This document shows positions 46,744 through 56,548 of a stretch of DNA of 64,000 nt, one piece after another; position 1 is the first letter of the stretch; each line of letters begins with the position of its first letter. This DNA is from a virus. Taxonomy: Duplodnaviria > Caudoviricetes. The stretch is from IMG/VR virus record IMGVR_UViG_3300021400_001148, positions 32,001 through 96,000 of that record; one strand, written 5' to 3'. Below the pieces are notes generated by a model. That model was not told the origin of the DNA. It did no database searches and worked only from the letters and a program-made list of their open reading frames with translations. A program made the position numbers and the translations under genes.

Positions 46744-48864
46744 ATGGAAGTACTGGAAGGGAAGATACAGAACATTGTCTTTCGCAACGAGGAAGATGGC
46801 TTTACCATACTTAAAACGGACAATGACACTGTTGTAACCTGCAAAGGAATGATAAATCCTGTGCGGGGTGTGGCTTATACATTCTCAGGTGGATGGGGAA
46901 GGGATAAGTGGGGTACAAAATTCATCGCAGAAACTGCCGAGGAGAGTATACCCCAAAAACCAATTGATATCATCAATTACCTTTCATCAGGATTGGTGAA
47001 AAACATTGGCCCGGTTTATGCGAGGGCCATTGTGGAATATTTCGGGGCGGAAACATTCAAAGTTCTTGACAGTAAGTCAAAAGAACTGTTAAAAGTGAAA
47101 GGGATAGGCAAGGGCCGGGCGGAATCAATATGGAAATCGTGGGCCGAGCACAAGAACATCCGTGAACTCGTTTCATTTCTTCACGACTTGGAACTACCGG
47201 TCAGTTTCGCCGTCAAAGTGTACCGCCGTTATGGAAACTCAGCAATCGAAGACATAAAGGAGGACCCTTACAGACTTCTTGAGGAAATGGATGGCGTAGG
47301 CTTTGAGAAAGTTGACGCCCTCGCATTAAGGCTAGGTATAGAGCCAACAAATACCCGGAGGTGTGAGGCGGGTGTGATGTACATTCTTTCTGGGCGTGCA
47401 GAGGCCGGGGACACATACTGTGAAAAACAGCATCTTTTTCAATGGGTCTCGGAACTTCTGGGTGTGAGTCATGATGTTATTGCCCCGGTCATTTCAGAAA
47501 TGTGTGACAAACGTACATTGGTAGACGATGGTGAGGAAAGAATATTCAAGTCTTCCTTATGGTATGCCGAACAAAGGGTTGCAACAAAAATAAGGAAAAT
47601 ACTTGCCGAATGCACAATTGGGGTTTCCTGTAATATAGATACGATTCAGAAAGTAACCGGCTTGGAGTATGATGATGTTCAAAAAAATGGAATAAAAACC
47701 GTCCTCAATTCCGGCGTGTCAGTGGTGACTGGAGGACCGGGCACCGGAAAAACGACAATTCTCAAGGCTGTAATAGAGGCGTTGAAATCTGCCCATTATA
47801 AAATAGCCGCAGCAGCACCAACAGGAAAGGCCGCAAAGAGGATAAAAGAAGTCACTGGCGTTGAGGCCAGCACAATCCATCGGCTTCTCGGATATATTCC
47901 GGGGGAAGAAGATTATGAATACAACAACAGTAACTTTCTTCATTATGATGCCATCATATTGGATGAAGCCAGTATGATAAACATCCAACTTATGGATGTG
48001 CTTCTTGACGCCGTTTCTCCAACAACAAAACTTATTATCGTCGGGGATGTGGACCAGTTACCCCCAATTGGGCCCGGCAATGTTCTCTCAGACATCATTG
48101 CTTCCGGGGTGGTACCCACTGTTAAACTTACAAAAATCTACCGTCAGGCCGAGGGTTCGGACATCATAGTGAACGCTCACAGAATAAATTCCGGACAAAT
48201 GCCGGCTGTTCTCAATTCAAAACCCGGGACTGATTTCTTTTTTATTGAAAGTTCTCCAGCAACAACCCCGGAGATGATAGCGGATTTACTTGAAAAACGT
48301 CTTCCAGCGAAATATGATGTTCCTTCGGCTGACATACAAGTAATATGCCCCAAAAAAGCAGGTACCTGTGGAATAAATAACCTTAACAAGGTACTGCAGA
48401 GGAGACTTAATCCTACTGGGATACAGATAACTTTTGGTGACACCGTTTTCCGTATTGGTGACAGGATAATGCAGACAAAGAACAACTATGACAAGAATGT
48501 TTTCAATGGAGAAACTGGCATTATAACATCCATTGACCCAATGGAAAAAATCATAACCTCCGATTTTGACGGTCGCACAGTACAATATATGCCGGGAGAT
48601 TTCAATGAAATAGTTTTGTGCTACGCGATGACAATTCACAAGTCTCAAGGTTCGGAATTCCCTATTGTCATAATTCCAATTTTCATTGAAGCATATAACA
48701 TGTTGGAAAGGAATCTGTTGTACACGGCTGTAACCAGGGCGAAGAATATTTGTCTTATTGTTGGAATGAAAGAAATGATAAGAAAGGCTGTTGAAACGGT
48801 CACATCGGTAAGGAGAAACACTAATTTGAAAGAGAAACTTATGGGTGGTCGCCCCCACGAATAA
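46744..48864 (+). CDS. recD2: RecD2-family SF1B DNA helicase
   Basis: HhH N-terminus; GGPGTGKTT, APTGKAA, TIHRLL, DEASM, GDVDQLP, IHKSQGSEF and YTAVTRA motifs. Confidence 0.95.
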   Translation: MEVLEGKIQNIVFRNEEDGFTILKTDNDTVVTCKGMINPVRGVAYTFSGGWGRDKWGTKFIAETAEESIPQKPIDIINYLSSGLVKNIGPVYARAIVEYFGAETFKVLDSKSKELLKVKGIGKGRAESIWKSWAEHKNIRELVSFLHDLELPVSFAVKVYRRYGNSAIEDIKEDPYRLLEEMDGVGFEKVDALALRLGIEPTNTRRCEAGVMYILSGRAEAGDTYCEKQHLFQWVSELLGVSHDVIAPVISEMCDKRTLVDDGEERIFKSSLWYAEQRVATKIRKILAECTIGVSCNIDTIQKVTGLEYDDVQKNGIKTVLNSGVSVVTGGPGTGKTTILKAVIEALKSAHYKIAAAAPTGKAAKRIKEVTGVEASTIHRLLGYIPGEEDYEYNNSNFLHYDAIILDEASMINIQLMDVLLDAVSPTTKLIIVGDVDQLPPIGPGNVLSDIIASGVVPTVKLTKIYRQAEGSDIIVNAHRINSGQMPAVLNSKPGTDFFFIESSPATTPEMIADLLEKRLPAKYDVPSADIQVICPKKAGTCGINNLNKVLQRRLNPTGIQITFGDTVFRIGDRIMQTKNNYDKNVFNGETGIITSIDPMEKIITSDFDGRTVQYMPGDFNEIVLCYAMTIHKSQGSEFPIVIIPIFIEAYNMLERNLLYTAVTRAKNICLIVGMKEMIRKAVETVTSVRRNTNLKEKLMGGRPHE

Positions 48865-48944
48865 ACCCATTAATGCGCCTGAATTGGAAAACTCTCTTTC
48901 GAAATTTGTATATTTGCAATGCGGAATTCAAAAAAAAAAACAAT

Positions 48945-49652
48945 ATGACACGAAAAGACTTACAGGAAAGGTACAATATCATTGGCCACAATAAGGATGT
49001 GTCCCTTTACAGAAAGAGAGGTGAATATACATACGGTATCGGATATTGTGGAAACATTTCCCTGAAAAACGGTAAGGCAATATTCAACGGTGCTCAATAT
49101 ACACAAATTGAAAGCCTCGATGAAGCACTGCGCAAGTGGGAGAAGTCTTTGCCATATCCGGTTGACACATATAATCCCCTCATGCGTGAATCCGCAAGAA
49201 TCGAACAAAGGGTCACCTGGTATCTTACTGATAAAATGGGATTTAAACATCCAAGAGAAAATTGGAAAGATGAATACATAAAAAACATCGGGCCGAATTG
49301 TAGATTAAAATTTACACTTGAAAGGAGCCGGGATGATTTTGATGATATAAAAATCCAGATTGTTTCAGAATATGGTGGTGCCTTTTTCAGGTATGAGTTT
49401 GATAACGCCGAATCAGGAATAGCGGCGATTTCAACAATTATCAAAGAAAGTGTCTTGCAGATGGCGGCAGATATGGTTGACTGCCTGTCCGTTTGCCCGG
49501 ATGTGGAAGTTCCGAACATTGAGTCATATGTTAAAACGAACGAAAATATTTTCGGGTTTAAGGAGGTAAGTTTTAAAGATATGATGATTTCCCTGCTCGA
49601 GAAAGAGCTTGAAAAACTCAAAAACGAGAAACAACCAAAAACCAACGACTAA
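48945..49652 (+). CDS. hypothetical protein
   Basis: ORF downstream of a TGCGCC-type promoter. Confidence 0.75.
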   Translation: MTRKDLQERYNIIGHNKDVSLYRKRGEYTYGIGYCGNISLKNGKAIFNGAQYTQIESLDEALRKWEKSLPYPVDTYNPLMRESARIEQRVTWYLTDKMGFKHPRENWKDEYIKNIGPNCRLKFTLERSRDDFDDIKIQIVSEYGGAFFRYEFDNAESGIAAISTIIKESVLQMAADMVDCLSVCPDVEVPNIESYVKTNENIFGFKEVSFKDMMISLLEKELEKLKNEKQPKTND

Positions 49653-49665
49653 ATTATTAACAACC

Positions 49666-50442
49666 ATGGATAAGACAATAGAAATTCCCGAGAATAAGAC
49701 AATAGAAATTCCCGAAGGCTATGAGGCCAGAATAGAGGGTAACAAGGTTATCCTCATGCAAATAGAGAGCGAGGATGAGAGGATAAGGAAGGAGTTGGTA
49801 TCTTTCATCCAGAAGGAAAAAGAGTATATGGAGTCTAAGGTAAAGCCGGAAAACAGCCCAAGACTTATGTTTCTTATAGATACTCTTGCCTACCTCGAAA
49901 GGCAGAAAGATAAAATGACTGCGGAAGAATATGAAAAATCGGAACCATTCCAACTGAAGTTAAAAACCCAATATGTTAACGGGTATCAGGATGGATTAAC
50001 ACAGAAGCAGAAGCCTGCAGATAATAGTGTGTACCCTCCGTCGCTTGAAGAAGCAATACAGCTTTACTATGGCACTTACGGAAATGGTAAAGGTGGATTT
50101 GACCACATCTCACTTCCTAAATTCCAAGATATTGTCAAGACCTTTGTGAAGGACTATGGCCAGAAGTTCACAGAGTGGAGCGATAAAGATAGGGAGTTCA
50201 TCAAGGATTTATGTAATCTTTTAGCAGCAATAGCAAAAAATAATTATGTGGGCTGTTATTATGCACCAGAACTGATAAATAAAATCCGCTCCCTTCGCCC
50301 TCAGCCTCACTGGAAGCCAAGTGAAGAGCAGATAGACCATTTGGCATACGCTTATACGCAACTAAAATTACAGAAGTGCTATGCACCTCATGTGTACGAA
50401 ACACTTGGTTCACTTTACGACGACCTTAAAAAACAACTTTAG
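49666..50442 (+). CDS. modular linker/cassette protein (A-B-C-C-D-E-F)
   Basis: ESEDERIRK, LAYLERQK, EWSDKD, SLRPQPHWKPSEEQ, SLYDDLKK; N-terminal 24-bp tandem duplication (KTIEIPE x2). Confidence 0.82.
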   Translation: MDKTIEIPENKTIEIPEGYEARIEGNKVILMQIESEDERIRKELVSFIQKEKEYMESKVKPENSPRLMFLIDTLAYLERQKDKMTAEEYEKSEPFQLKLKTQYVNGYQDGLTQKQKPADNSVYPPSLEEAIQLYYGTYGNGKGGFDHISLPKFQDIVKTFVKDYGQKFTEWSDKDREFIKDLCNLLAAIAKNNYVGCYYAPELINKIRSLRPQPHWKPSEEQIDHLAYAYTQLKLQKCYAPHVYETLGSLYDDLKKQL

Positions 50443-50445
50443 TCT

Positions 50446-50656
50446 ATGGATATTTTTTTTTAATTATGGTCAATACGGAAAGAGTAGATTTATGCTTGCC
50501 GTTCATGAAAAAATAATCGGTGGCGGTTCTCGTTGCATTTGGAAGACTACCTGCAAATGGCCGGAGGGCACACCTATGAAGGTTCTTGAAGACAAGTTAA
50601 GGGCAAAAGCAAATAAACATGGATATTTTGAAACAACATATTGGACACTACATTGA
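50446..50656 (+). pseudogene. small ORF interrupted in a T9 run
   Basis: ATG GAT ATT TTT TTT TAA; removing one T gives MDIFFNYGQ...TLH*. Confidence 0.45.
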
Positions 50657-51128
50657 CGCAGACAAACTGATTGCACTTATAGATGCAAAACTTGAAGATT
50701 TGGGATTGAGTGGTTCTGTTTGGGTTGGAAGAAGTGTTCTCCAAGATTTAAAAAATAATATAATTACTTCTCTCCAGCAGGAGATGCTGGAAACATCAAA
50801 TAATTTGGTAGATGTCGACGCAGTAAGGGATGATTTTATGACGGAAGTCTATCGTGTACTTGATGCTGACCCCACAAATGATAGAGCGAATGCAATAATT
50901 AACGCATTTGATTCTTTGCCGACAATCTCTCAGGAACAGCCGGAGGTGGATTTGGAGAAAATAGAAAAAGCATCATACAAAGTCTTTCCTGCCAAGAAAA
51001 AACTTGGCGTCGAAAAAATCAAATACCCCAATCGAGAAGATGAAAACTTTTCCAAACGAGAAATATGGAAAGATGGTGTTATATGGGCAATATACAGCCT
51101 GAACAGAAATGTAAGAAAGGAGGATTAA
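50619..51128 (+). CDS. modular linker/cassette protein (G-H-H-I)
   Basis: YIDADKLIA, SLQQEM, QEQPEVDLEK, NVRKED. Confidence 0.75.
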   Translation: MDILKQHIGHYIDADKLIALIDAKLEDLGLSGSVWVGRSVLQDLKNNIITSLQQEMLETSNNLVDVDAVRDDFMTEVYRVLDADPTNDRANAIINAFDSLPTISQEQPEVDLEKIEKASYKVFPAKKKLGVEKIKYPNREDENFSKREIWKDGVIWAIYSLNRNVRKED

Positions 51129-51133
51129 GGTAT

Positions 51134-51301
51134 ATGCAATGGAAAGAATTAAAATGGTATAAGGCAGATAAGGATTATTCTTTTTCCTTTGTTAGATGCC
51201 TTGTTATTGCTAAAAATGGAAATGTAGTAATAAGAAACAATGCTAAAAAAGGTGAGCACTATATTCCACTGCCAATCATAGAAGATTTACCAAAAGATTA
51301 A
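51134..51301 (+). CDS. small hypothetical cassette gene
   Basis: lies between two I-type repeats; its stop codon is the repeat TAA. Confidence 0.6.
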   Translation: MQWKELKWYKADKDYSFSFVRCLVIAKNGNVVIRNNAKKGEHYIPLPIIEDLPKD

Positions 51302-51322
51302 CGCAAGAAAGGAGGCAACCAA

Positions 51323-51535
51323 ATGAGTTGGTATTTGATTGTATTGTTGATTATATTCTACATAGTAATGTGGATTATTACAACTATTGCTTTTGCACGA
51401 TGGGCAAAAAGTTCTGATTCGGGATGGCTTATAATAGGAGCAATATGGCCTTTAACTTTTATATGTATTCCTTTAGTAGCAGTGATTCTGTTTGTTGACA
51501 AGATTGCCAATAAGTACGGTTATAAGGAGAAATAA
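51323..51535 (+). CDS. small two-TM membrane protein
   Basis: hydrophobic; IWP. Confidence 0.7.
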   Translation: MSWYLIVLLIIFYIVMWIITTIAFARWAKSSDSGWLIIGAIWPLTFICIPLVAVILFVDKIANKYGYKEK

Positions 51536-51537
51536 CT

Positions 51538-51732
51538 ATGCAAGTTAAAATAGATTTTTCAGAAGATTGCAAAGCAAACAATTATAGTCTAGAGAGACCT
51601 GGCACCTATGCAATTTATGTTCGTAAAAACTGCTTCCATAAATGGAAACAAATACAATCATATGCAGATGTTTCACTTGCACTCTATGAGTTTCGCAAAC
51701 TAAAAGAGGCGGCACATGCGATTGAGCTCTAA
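51538..51732 (+). CDS. small hypothetical protein
   Basis: its stop codon is the TAA of the I-type repeat at 51730. Confidence 0.6.
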   Translation: MQVKIDFSEDCKANNYSLERPGTYAIYVRKNCFHKWKQIQSYADVSLALYEFRKLKEAAHAIEL

Positions 51733-51752
51733 CGTAAGAAAGGAAAAATAAC

Positions 51753-51968
51753 ATGAAAGCACCAGAAAAAGTTTATATTGATGACTTGGCTGTTGTCAAT
51801 GATTGTGCCACGAAAATATCGTTAAAACAACTTCCAAACTTTTCCGAATATATCCGCAAGGACGCTCTGCTGGAGTGGGCGAAAACGGAGAGGGCAAAGT
51901 GCTCCAATGAAACTCATCCGTATGCACAATTTATGAATGTCGTTATTAACAAACTCAACTCAAAGTAA
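51753..51968 (+). CDS. hypothetical phage protein
   Basis: MKAPEKVY...EYIRKDALLEW pattern. Confidence 0.7.
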   Translation: MKAPEKVYIDDLAVVNDCATKISLKQLPNFSEYIRKDALLEWAKTERAKCSNETHPYAQFMNVVINKLNSK

Positions 51969-51969
51969 T

Positions 51970-52758
51970 ATGACAAAAATTAAAATCCAAATAAAGAACC
52001 GCTGGACGGGTTCTATCCTGTTCGAGTATGAGAAGGAGAACAACACTATTAAGGATACCATTACAGAAGCGGTTAAGAGATGTGCAAACCTCCGTGATGC
52101 AGACCTTCGTTATGCAAACCTCAGTGGTGCAATTCTCAATGGTGTAGACCTCATGAGTGCAGACCTCTGTTATTCAGACCTCAGTGGTGCAAAACTCAGG
52201 TATTCAGACCTCAGTTACACAGACCTCCGTGGCGCAGACCTCAGTGATGCAGACATCAGTAGCACACATCTCCGTAGCGCATTCCTCCGTGGTGCAAAAC
52301 TCCGTGGCACAGACCTTAATGATGCAGACCTCGTTGGTGCAGACCTCGTTGGCGCAGACCTCAGTGACACAGACCTCCGTACCACAGACATCCGTGGTGC
52401 AAAACTCCGTGGCGTAAAAGGAAGCCCCTATGCCCCCCTCGCCTGCCCCTCTGATGGAGCATTCGTAGGCTGGAAGAAAGCCGAGGACAAGCTAATTAAG
52501 TTGCTCATTCCCGAAGATGCAAAGCGAAGCTCTGCAACCACGCAGAAGTGTCGCTGCAGTAAAGCACAGGTGCTTGAAATCACCGACCTTGACGGAACAA
52601 ACCCTGTGACTGAACTGAAACATGATGCTTATGACCATATCACTACTTACAAGGTTGGAGAAATAGTGTTCCCAGATAGTTTCGATGAGAATAGATGGAA
52701 TGAGTGTTCTCATGGAATTCACTTCTTTATCAACAAACAAGACGCAATAGACTATTAA
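51970..52758 (+). CDS. pentapeptide-repeat protein with DUF5758-like C-terminus
   Basis: A[DN]L.. repeats (15-bp DNA units, about 52084-52413); KL.IPEDAKRSSAT..KCRC.KA, FDENRWNECS.GIHFF. Confidence 0.9.
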   Translation: MTKIKIQIKNRWTGSILFEYEKENNTIKDTITEAVKRCANLRDADLRYANLSGAILNGVDLMSADLCYSDLSGAKLRYSDLSYTDLRGADLSDADISSTHLRSAFLRGAKLRGTDLNDADLVGADLVGADLSDTDLRTTDIRGAKLRGVKGSPYAPLACPSDGAFVGWKKAEDKLIKLLIPEDAKRSSATTQKCRCSKAQVLEITDLDGTNPVTELKHDAYDHITTYKVGEIVFPDSFDENRWNECSHGIHFFINKQDAIDY

Positions 52759-53159
52759 TGGTACACGCAAAAGAATTAATGCTTGGTGACTGGGTAAAGA
52801 AAGGAAATTTATTCGGTCGAGTGCTCGATATCGAGCAAAGGGAAAAATATGCCATTGTTGGCGTGGAGTTCGAGAGTGGGTATGATGTTTATGATGAAGA
52901 CGAATTAGACCCAGTTCCCCTCACACCCGAAATCTTGGAGAAAAACGGGTTTGGTTTCACCCGAAGCGACAATACGGATTCGGTGTGGAATGGTTGGTGG
53001 ATTTATAAGGGGCTTGAGTTGGCAACAGCATGTCTCGATAGAGAAGGGAATTGGCCTTGCTTCATTAACATATATGATTCAAACATAAAGTGTGAATATG
53101 TTCACCAACTCCAGCACGCATTAAAAATTGCTAAAATCGAAAAAGAAATTGAAATATGA
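52758..53159 (+). CDS. hypothetical phage protein
   Basis: ELMLGDWV, P.PLTPEILEKNGF, YVHQLQHAL pattern. Confidence 0.8.
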   Translation: MVHAKELMLGDWVKKGNLFGRVLDIEQREKYAIVGVEFESGYDVYDEDELDPVPLTPEILEKNGFGFTRSDNTDSVWNGWWIYKGLELATACLDREGNWPCFINIYDSNIKCEYVHQLQHALKIAKIEKEIEI

Positions 53160-53800
53160 GAATACCTTTTGATATTAAGTACCGTCCGCAAATTGAAAGT
53201 AGAGAATATAAGGTAGAAACAAGAGATGGAAAGCCTACCAGAATTGTTTGTTGGGACATGGATAGCTACAACCCTATTGTTGCATTGGTAGCAAATTATC
53301 CAAACTATGATGGAAGCCTTAGTGAGCATATTTTTTCATATAGCATGGATGGACATTATAGTGCTACATGCTCCAGCGATGAAGACCTTTTTATTGTCAC
53401 GCCGGAGCCGGAAATGACGGCGTTTGAGAAAAAAGTTTACGCGTATTGCGATGGTAAAACCGTAGGCGAAGAACTAATAAAAAGAATTGCTAAAGAACTC
53501 CTTGACTATGCAAGAAAAGAACTTGAGCCAGAAGTATTAGAAAGACTTGAAGTTGCTTATAAGAATCAAGATGAGGTTGTTTATGAGAACGGGAAAAGAG
53601 ATGGCCAAGCCGAAGCCTTGAAGGACTTGCCGAGGTGGATGAAATGGGATACCAATAAAATATTTGATGATTCCAGATATGTTCTTATTCATACTACTGA
53701 TTTTAATATTTCGTCTGATATGCTCTTATACGACACTATTACAAAACGTGCAATTTTCGTTTCAGACCTTAAGAAACTTCCCGGTTTTAAGGAGGATTGA
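53156..53800 (+). CDS. hypothetical phage protein
   Basis: PFDIKYRPQIE..EYKVETRDG...RIVCWD; related to 45786. Confidence 0.8.
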   Translation: MRIPFDIKYRPQIESREYKVETRDGKPTRIVCWDMDSYNPIVALVANYPNYDGSLSEHIFSYSMDGHYSATCSSDEDLFIVTPEPEMTAFEKKVYAYCDGKTVGEELIKRIAKELLDYARKELEPEVLERLEVAYKNQDEVVYENGKRDGQAEALKDLPRWMKWDTNKIFDDSRYVLIHTTDFNISSDMLLYDTITKRAIFVSDLKKLPGFKED

Positions 53801-54054
53801 ATATGCCAGCAATAGTAGGACATGATTATTCGTGGTGGGTTGATTACTCGTGGTCTTATGAGGTATTTGACGAGGAAAGCCATTCTTGGGTTTCAGAGCA
53901 TAGCTTTGAGGGTGAACGATTTGCCTGCCGGAAAAAAGACATCAAGAAAGAGGCGAAGGAACGAATTAAGGAGTGGGAACTTTGTGGAGTGCAATACAGA
54001 AATCTCAAAGTTCATATTGATGATTGCTATATGACAACCGCTTGCGAATGTTAA
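53797..54054 (+). CDS. hypothetical protein
   Basis: coupled ORF; start may be 53803. Confidence 0.6.
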   Translation: MNMPAIVGHDYSWWVDYSWSYEVFDEESHSWVSEHSFEGERFACRKKDIKKEAKERIKEWELCGVQYRNLKVHIDDCYMTTACEC

Positions 54055-54067
54055 AAGGAGGACAGCC

Positions 54068-54373
54068 ATGAGTAAAAGAGCAGAGGCTGCTGCCATGGAA
54101 GCCTATCCGCCAATATACACTACGGTCAAAAGGCATGCGAAAAGGGTTCAAAGTGAAAGAATAGATACACACCAGCCAGCGAGAGCTATATTTCAGCAGG
54201 GCTATGAGAAGGCCGAGAAAGACACGATAGAAAGAGCTGTTTCTTGGTTAATTAAAAATGCGGATTATTACATAGGCAGCATGGAGGTCAGTAGGTGCTT
54301 ACCAATTAAATATCATGTCTCATGCGCTTGCTGGGCTGACCTTAAAGCATTTATAGAGGAAGACAATGGATAG
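54068..54373 (+). CDS. hypothetical phage protein
   Basis: SKRAE.AA..AYP...GYE.AEKD. Confidence 0.75.
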   Translation: MSKRAEAAAMEAYPPIYTTVKRHAKRVQSERIDTHQPARAIFQQGYEKAEKDTIERAVSWLIKNADYYIGSMEVSRCLPIKYHVSCACWADLKAFIEEDNG

Positions 54374-54662
54374 AGCAGCAAAGGTAGCCTTAAAGATGTA
54401 CCCTCTCGACAAATTCGATGGAGAAATCGGTGATTCCATGAGAGCCGCGTGTTTCGTCGGTTATGCGCAAGCGATGTATGACCTTACACTGACTTGGGAG
54501 GATGTGAAGAATCTTGACCATTTGCTGCACGATGCCGACTTTGAAAACGGCAGGGCTGAGTCTTTGGGAAAGGAGATTCTCTTTGATGGTGATGAGGGAT
54601 TCTACGGAGAGGTTTTGAAACGCTTTAACGAACAGAGAAAGAAAGAATTAATTAATGGATAA
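54366..54662 (+). CDS. hypothetical phage protein, related to 54068
   Basis: RA..VAL..YP...GY.QA..DL.LTWED...EVLKRFN. Confidence 0.75.
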   Translation: MDRAAKVALKMYPLDKFDGEIGDSMRAACFVGYAQAMYDLTLTWEDVKNLDHLLHDADFENGRAESLGKEILFDGDEGFYGEVLKRFNEQRKKELING

Positions 54663-54831
54663 GAAACAAAAACATACTGATAGAGAATTGTTGGAAATGT
54701 TAGTTGAAGCCATTGATTATTCGTTTCTAAAAACCAATGGTGAATACGACAAAGCACTGACATATCCAGTCATTGACAAAGTGCGATACATTAAAAATCA
54801 AATTGGGGCTGAAAAGTTTTTCGGAGTTTAA
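54655..54831 (+). CDS. small hypothetical protein (not in the ORF track)
   Basis: 58-aa ORF MDKKQKHTDRELLEML... fills the gap. Confidence 0.55.
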   Translation: MDKKQKHTDRELLEMLVEAIDYSFLKTNGEYDKALTYPVIDKVRYIKNQIGAEKFFGV

Positions 54832-54865
54832 AACTTCTTTTGCCACGAACGAAAATTAAATTACT

Positions 54866-55177
54866 ATGCTTATACCAATTTTTATCCATATAAAAGAAAA
54901 ATCTGACGAGGAGATTCGCGAGGAAATGGCTCGTGAAGCTAAATGGCGTAAAATGATAGAGGAGGATGATGCACGGCGGCGTGCTCGTGAGCGTGAAGAA
55001 AAGGAGAAAGAAGAATACGAAAAAGAAAAGAGAAAAAGAGTAATCAGCGAAGAATACGAACAACTCAGGTATAGGGATGAGTGGGAAACACTCATCTTAC
55101 CTGAAGGGTGGAGCATCTTTGGGCAAAGATGTTTCAGTCCCATATCATTGTTTTATGAGGGTGAAATGCCCGTTTAA
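54866..55177 (+). CDS. charged coiled-coil protein
   Basis: E/R/K-rich helix. Confidence 0.65.
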   Translation: MLIPIFIHIKEKSDEEIREEMAREAKWRKMIEEDDARRRAREREEKEKEEYEKEKRKRVISEEYEQLRYRDEWETLILPEGWSIFGQRCFSPISLFYEGEMPV

Positions 55178-55188
55178 AAATTTTCGCC

Positions 55189-55587
55189 ATGGACAAGAAA
55201 GTAAAAAACTTTGTTGAAGAATACAACAAGAGAATAGATTGGAATAAGGACATCCGCGACAGCCTTAATCTTGATTTCATTCCAATTCACACGGATATAA
55301 TCAAGAGTTACCTCACCACAAAAAAATTGGATAAGGAAGAATATGATTTGGAAAATGCCTTGTTTTATACCTATGATGATGGGTTAATGGAACTGCAGGT
55401 TTTCAACAAAACATATTATGATAGACATTACTTTTGGGTTCGGCCATATGAAACGGACGCTGAGAATTCATACAAAACGGAGACGATTGAATATATTAAG
55501 GGGGCAATTAACAAACGTTTGGAAGAGTTGCAACCATTCATTGCTGAAGAAAAGGAATTGTTAAAAATTAAAGAAAAGCTGTCATGA
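55189..55587 (+). CDS. hypothetical protein
   Basis: 132-aa ORF. Confidence 0.7.
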   Translation: MDKKVKNFVEEYNKRIDWNKDIRDSLNLDFIPIHTDIIKSYLTTKKLDKEEYDLENALFYTYDDGLMELQVFNKTYYDRHYFWVRPYETDAENSYKTETIEYIKGAINKRLEELQPFIAEEKELLKIKEKLS

Positions 55588-55841
55588 CAAAAGAAGAAAT
55601 GGTAAATGCTTACTACACAAATGGTGATGGTGGGCGAAATTATGAAGAAGCACAGAAACTAATCAAAGAAGCAATGGAGAATGGGGAACCATATGTCTAT
55701 CTCCCTGGCAAAAATGGTAGTAGGGGTGAGTTCATTTGGGCAGCAACAGAAGAAACGATTGCGAGGCTTCGTAAAGATGGCTTTGACATTGATAAAGTAT
55801 GGGACCCGTGGGAATATTGGTCGGTTGAATGGGGGTATTAG
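55584..55841 (+). CDS. hypothetical protein
   Basis: ATGA-coupled ORF. Confidence 0.7.
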   Translation: MTKEEMVNAYYTNGDGGRNYEEAQKLIKEAMENGEPYVYLPGKNGSRGEFIWAATEETIARLRKDGFDIDKVWDPWEYWSVEWGY

Positions 55842-55843
55842 TT

Positions 55844-56305
55844 ATGACACTGGAAGAAAAACAACTGCTACTTAAAGACCTTTGTGCAAGGTTGCCGTAT
55901 GGAGTAATCGTTGACTACAAGGAAAATGAATTTGAGGTTCCACATTGGAAAATAACCACCATTTACCCAGAAACATTGAGTGGGTGGATTGGCTATGACA
56001 AGAAAGTCGGGGCAGGTTCTGAAAGCGGTAGCAGACCTTTTAACATTGGGGAAGTCAAACCATATCTTCGCCCAATGTCAAGTATGAGTGAAAAAGAAAA
56101 AGATGAACTTGCACTTATTGGAGATAAAGATTTTCAATCTGTTAGGGAATGGTATAATGCCGAATACATGAATGAAACTGGCACTCCTTGTCCAGTTACT
56201 TCCGGAAAAGTAGATTACTGTAATAAAAATCACCTTGACTATCGTGGTCTTATCACTATGGGCCTTGCTCTTGAAGCACCTAAGGGAATGTATAAAACTC
56301 AATAG
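55844..56305 (+). CDS. hypothetical phage protein
   Basis: LLLKDLCARLPYGV, KPYLRPMSSM, DYRGLI..GLALEAP.GMY. Confidence 0.8.
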   Translation: MTLEEKQLLLKDLCARLPYGVIVDYKENEFEVPHWKITTIYPETLSGWIGYDKKVGAGSESGSRPFNIGEVKPYLRPMSSMSEKEKDELALIGDKDFQSVREWYNAEYMNETGTPCPVTSGKVDYCNKNHLDYRGLITMGLALEAPKGMYKTQ

Positions 56306-56308
56306 AAC

Positions 56309-56548
56309 ATGAAGAAATTTATTTTTATCACATTGATGGCTGCCGCCTTATGCTCATGCGATAATGTAGTTGAAAAAATGACTCCGGGAACTCCAGAGTC
56401 ATTGATTTCAGACACAAAATTAGTTGAGTTGACTTTTGAAGGATATTCACATCAGTTCGTCTACAATCACTCATATATTGGAGCCGGTGTATATGATGTT
56501 GAAATCGTGCATTGGCCAAGTTGTAAGTATTGCCAAGAGAATAAATAA
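56309..56548 (+). CDS. putative lipoprotein
   Basis: MKKFIFITLMAAALCSC; C-terminal H.P.C..C. Confidence 0.75.
   Translation: MKKFIFITLMAAALCSCDNVVEKMTPGTPESLISDTKLVELTFEGYSHQFVYNHSYIGAGVYDVEIVHWPSCKYCQENK

Noticed and set aside
52157-52417. QTSV-repeat ORF
   Set aside because: It is an alternative frame of the pentapeptide-repeat DNA.
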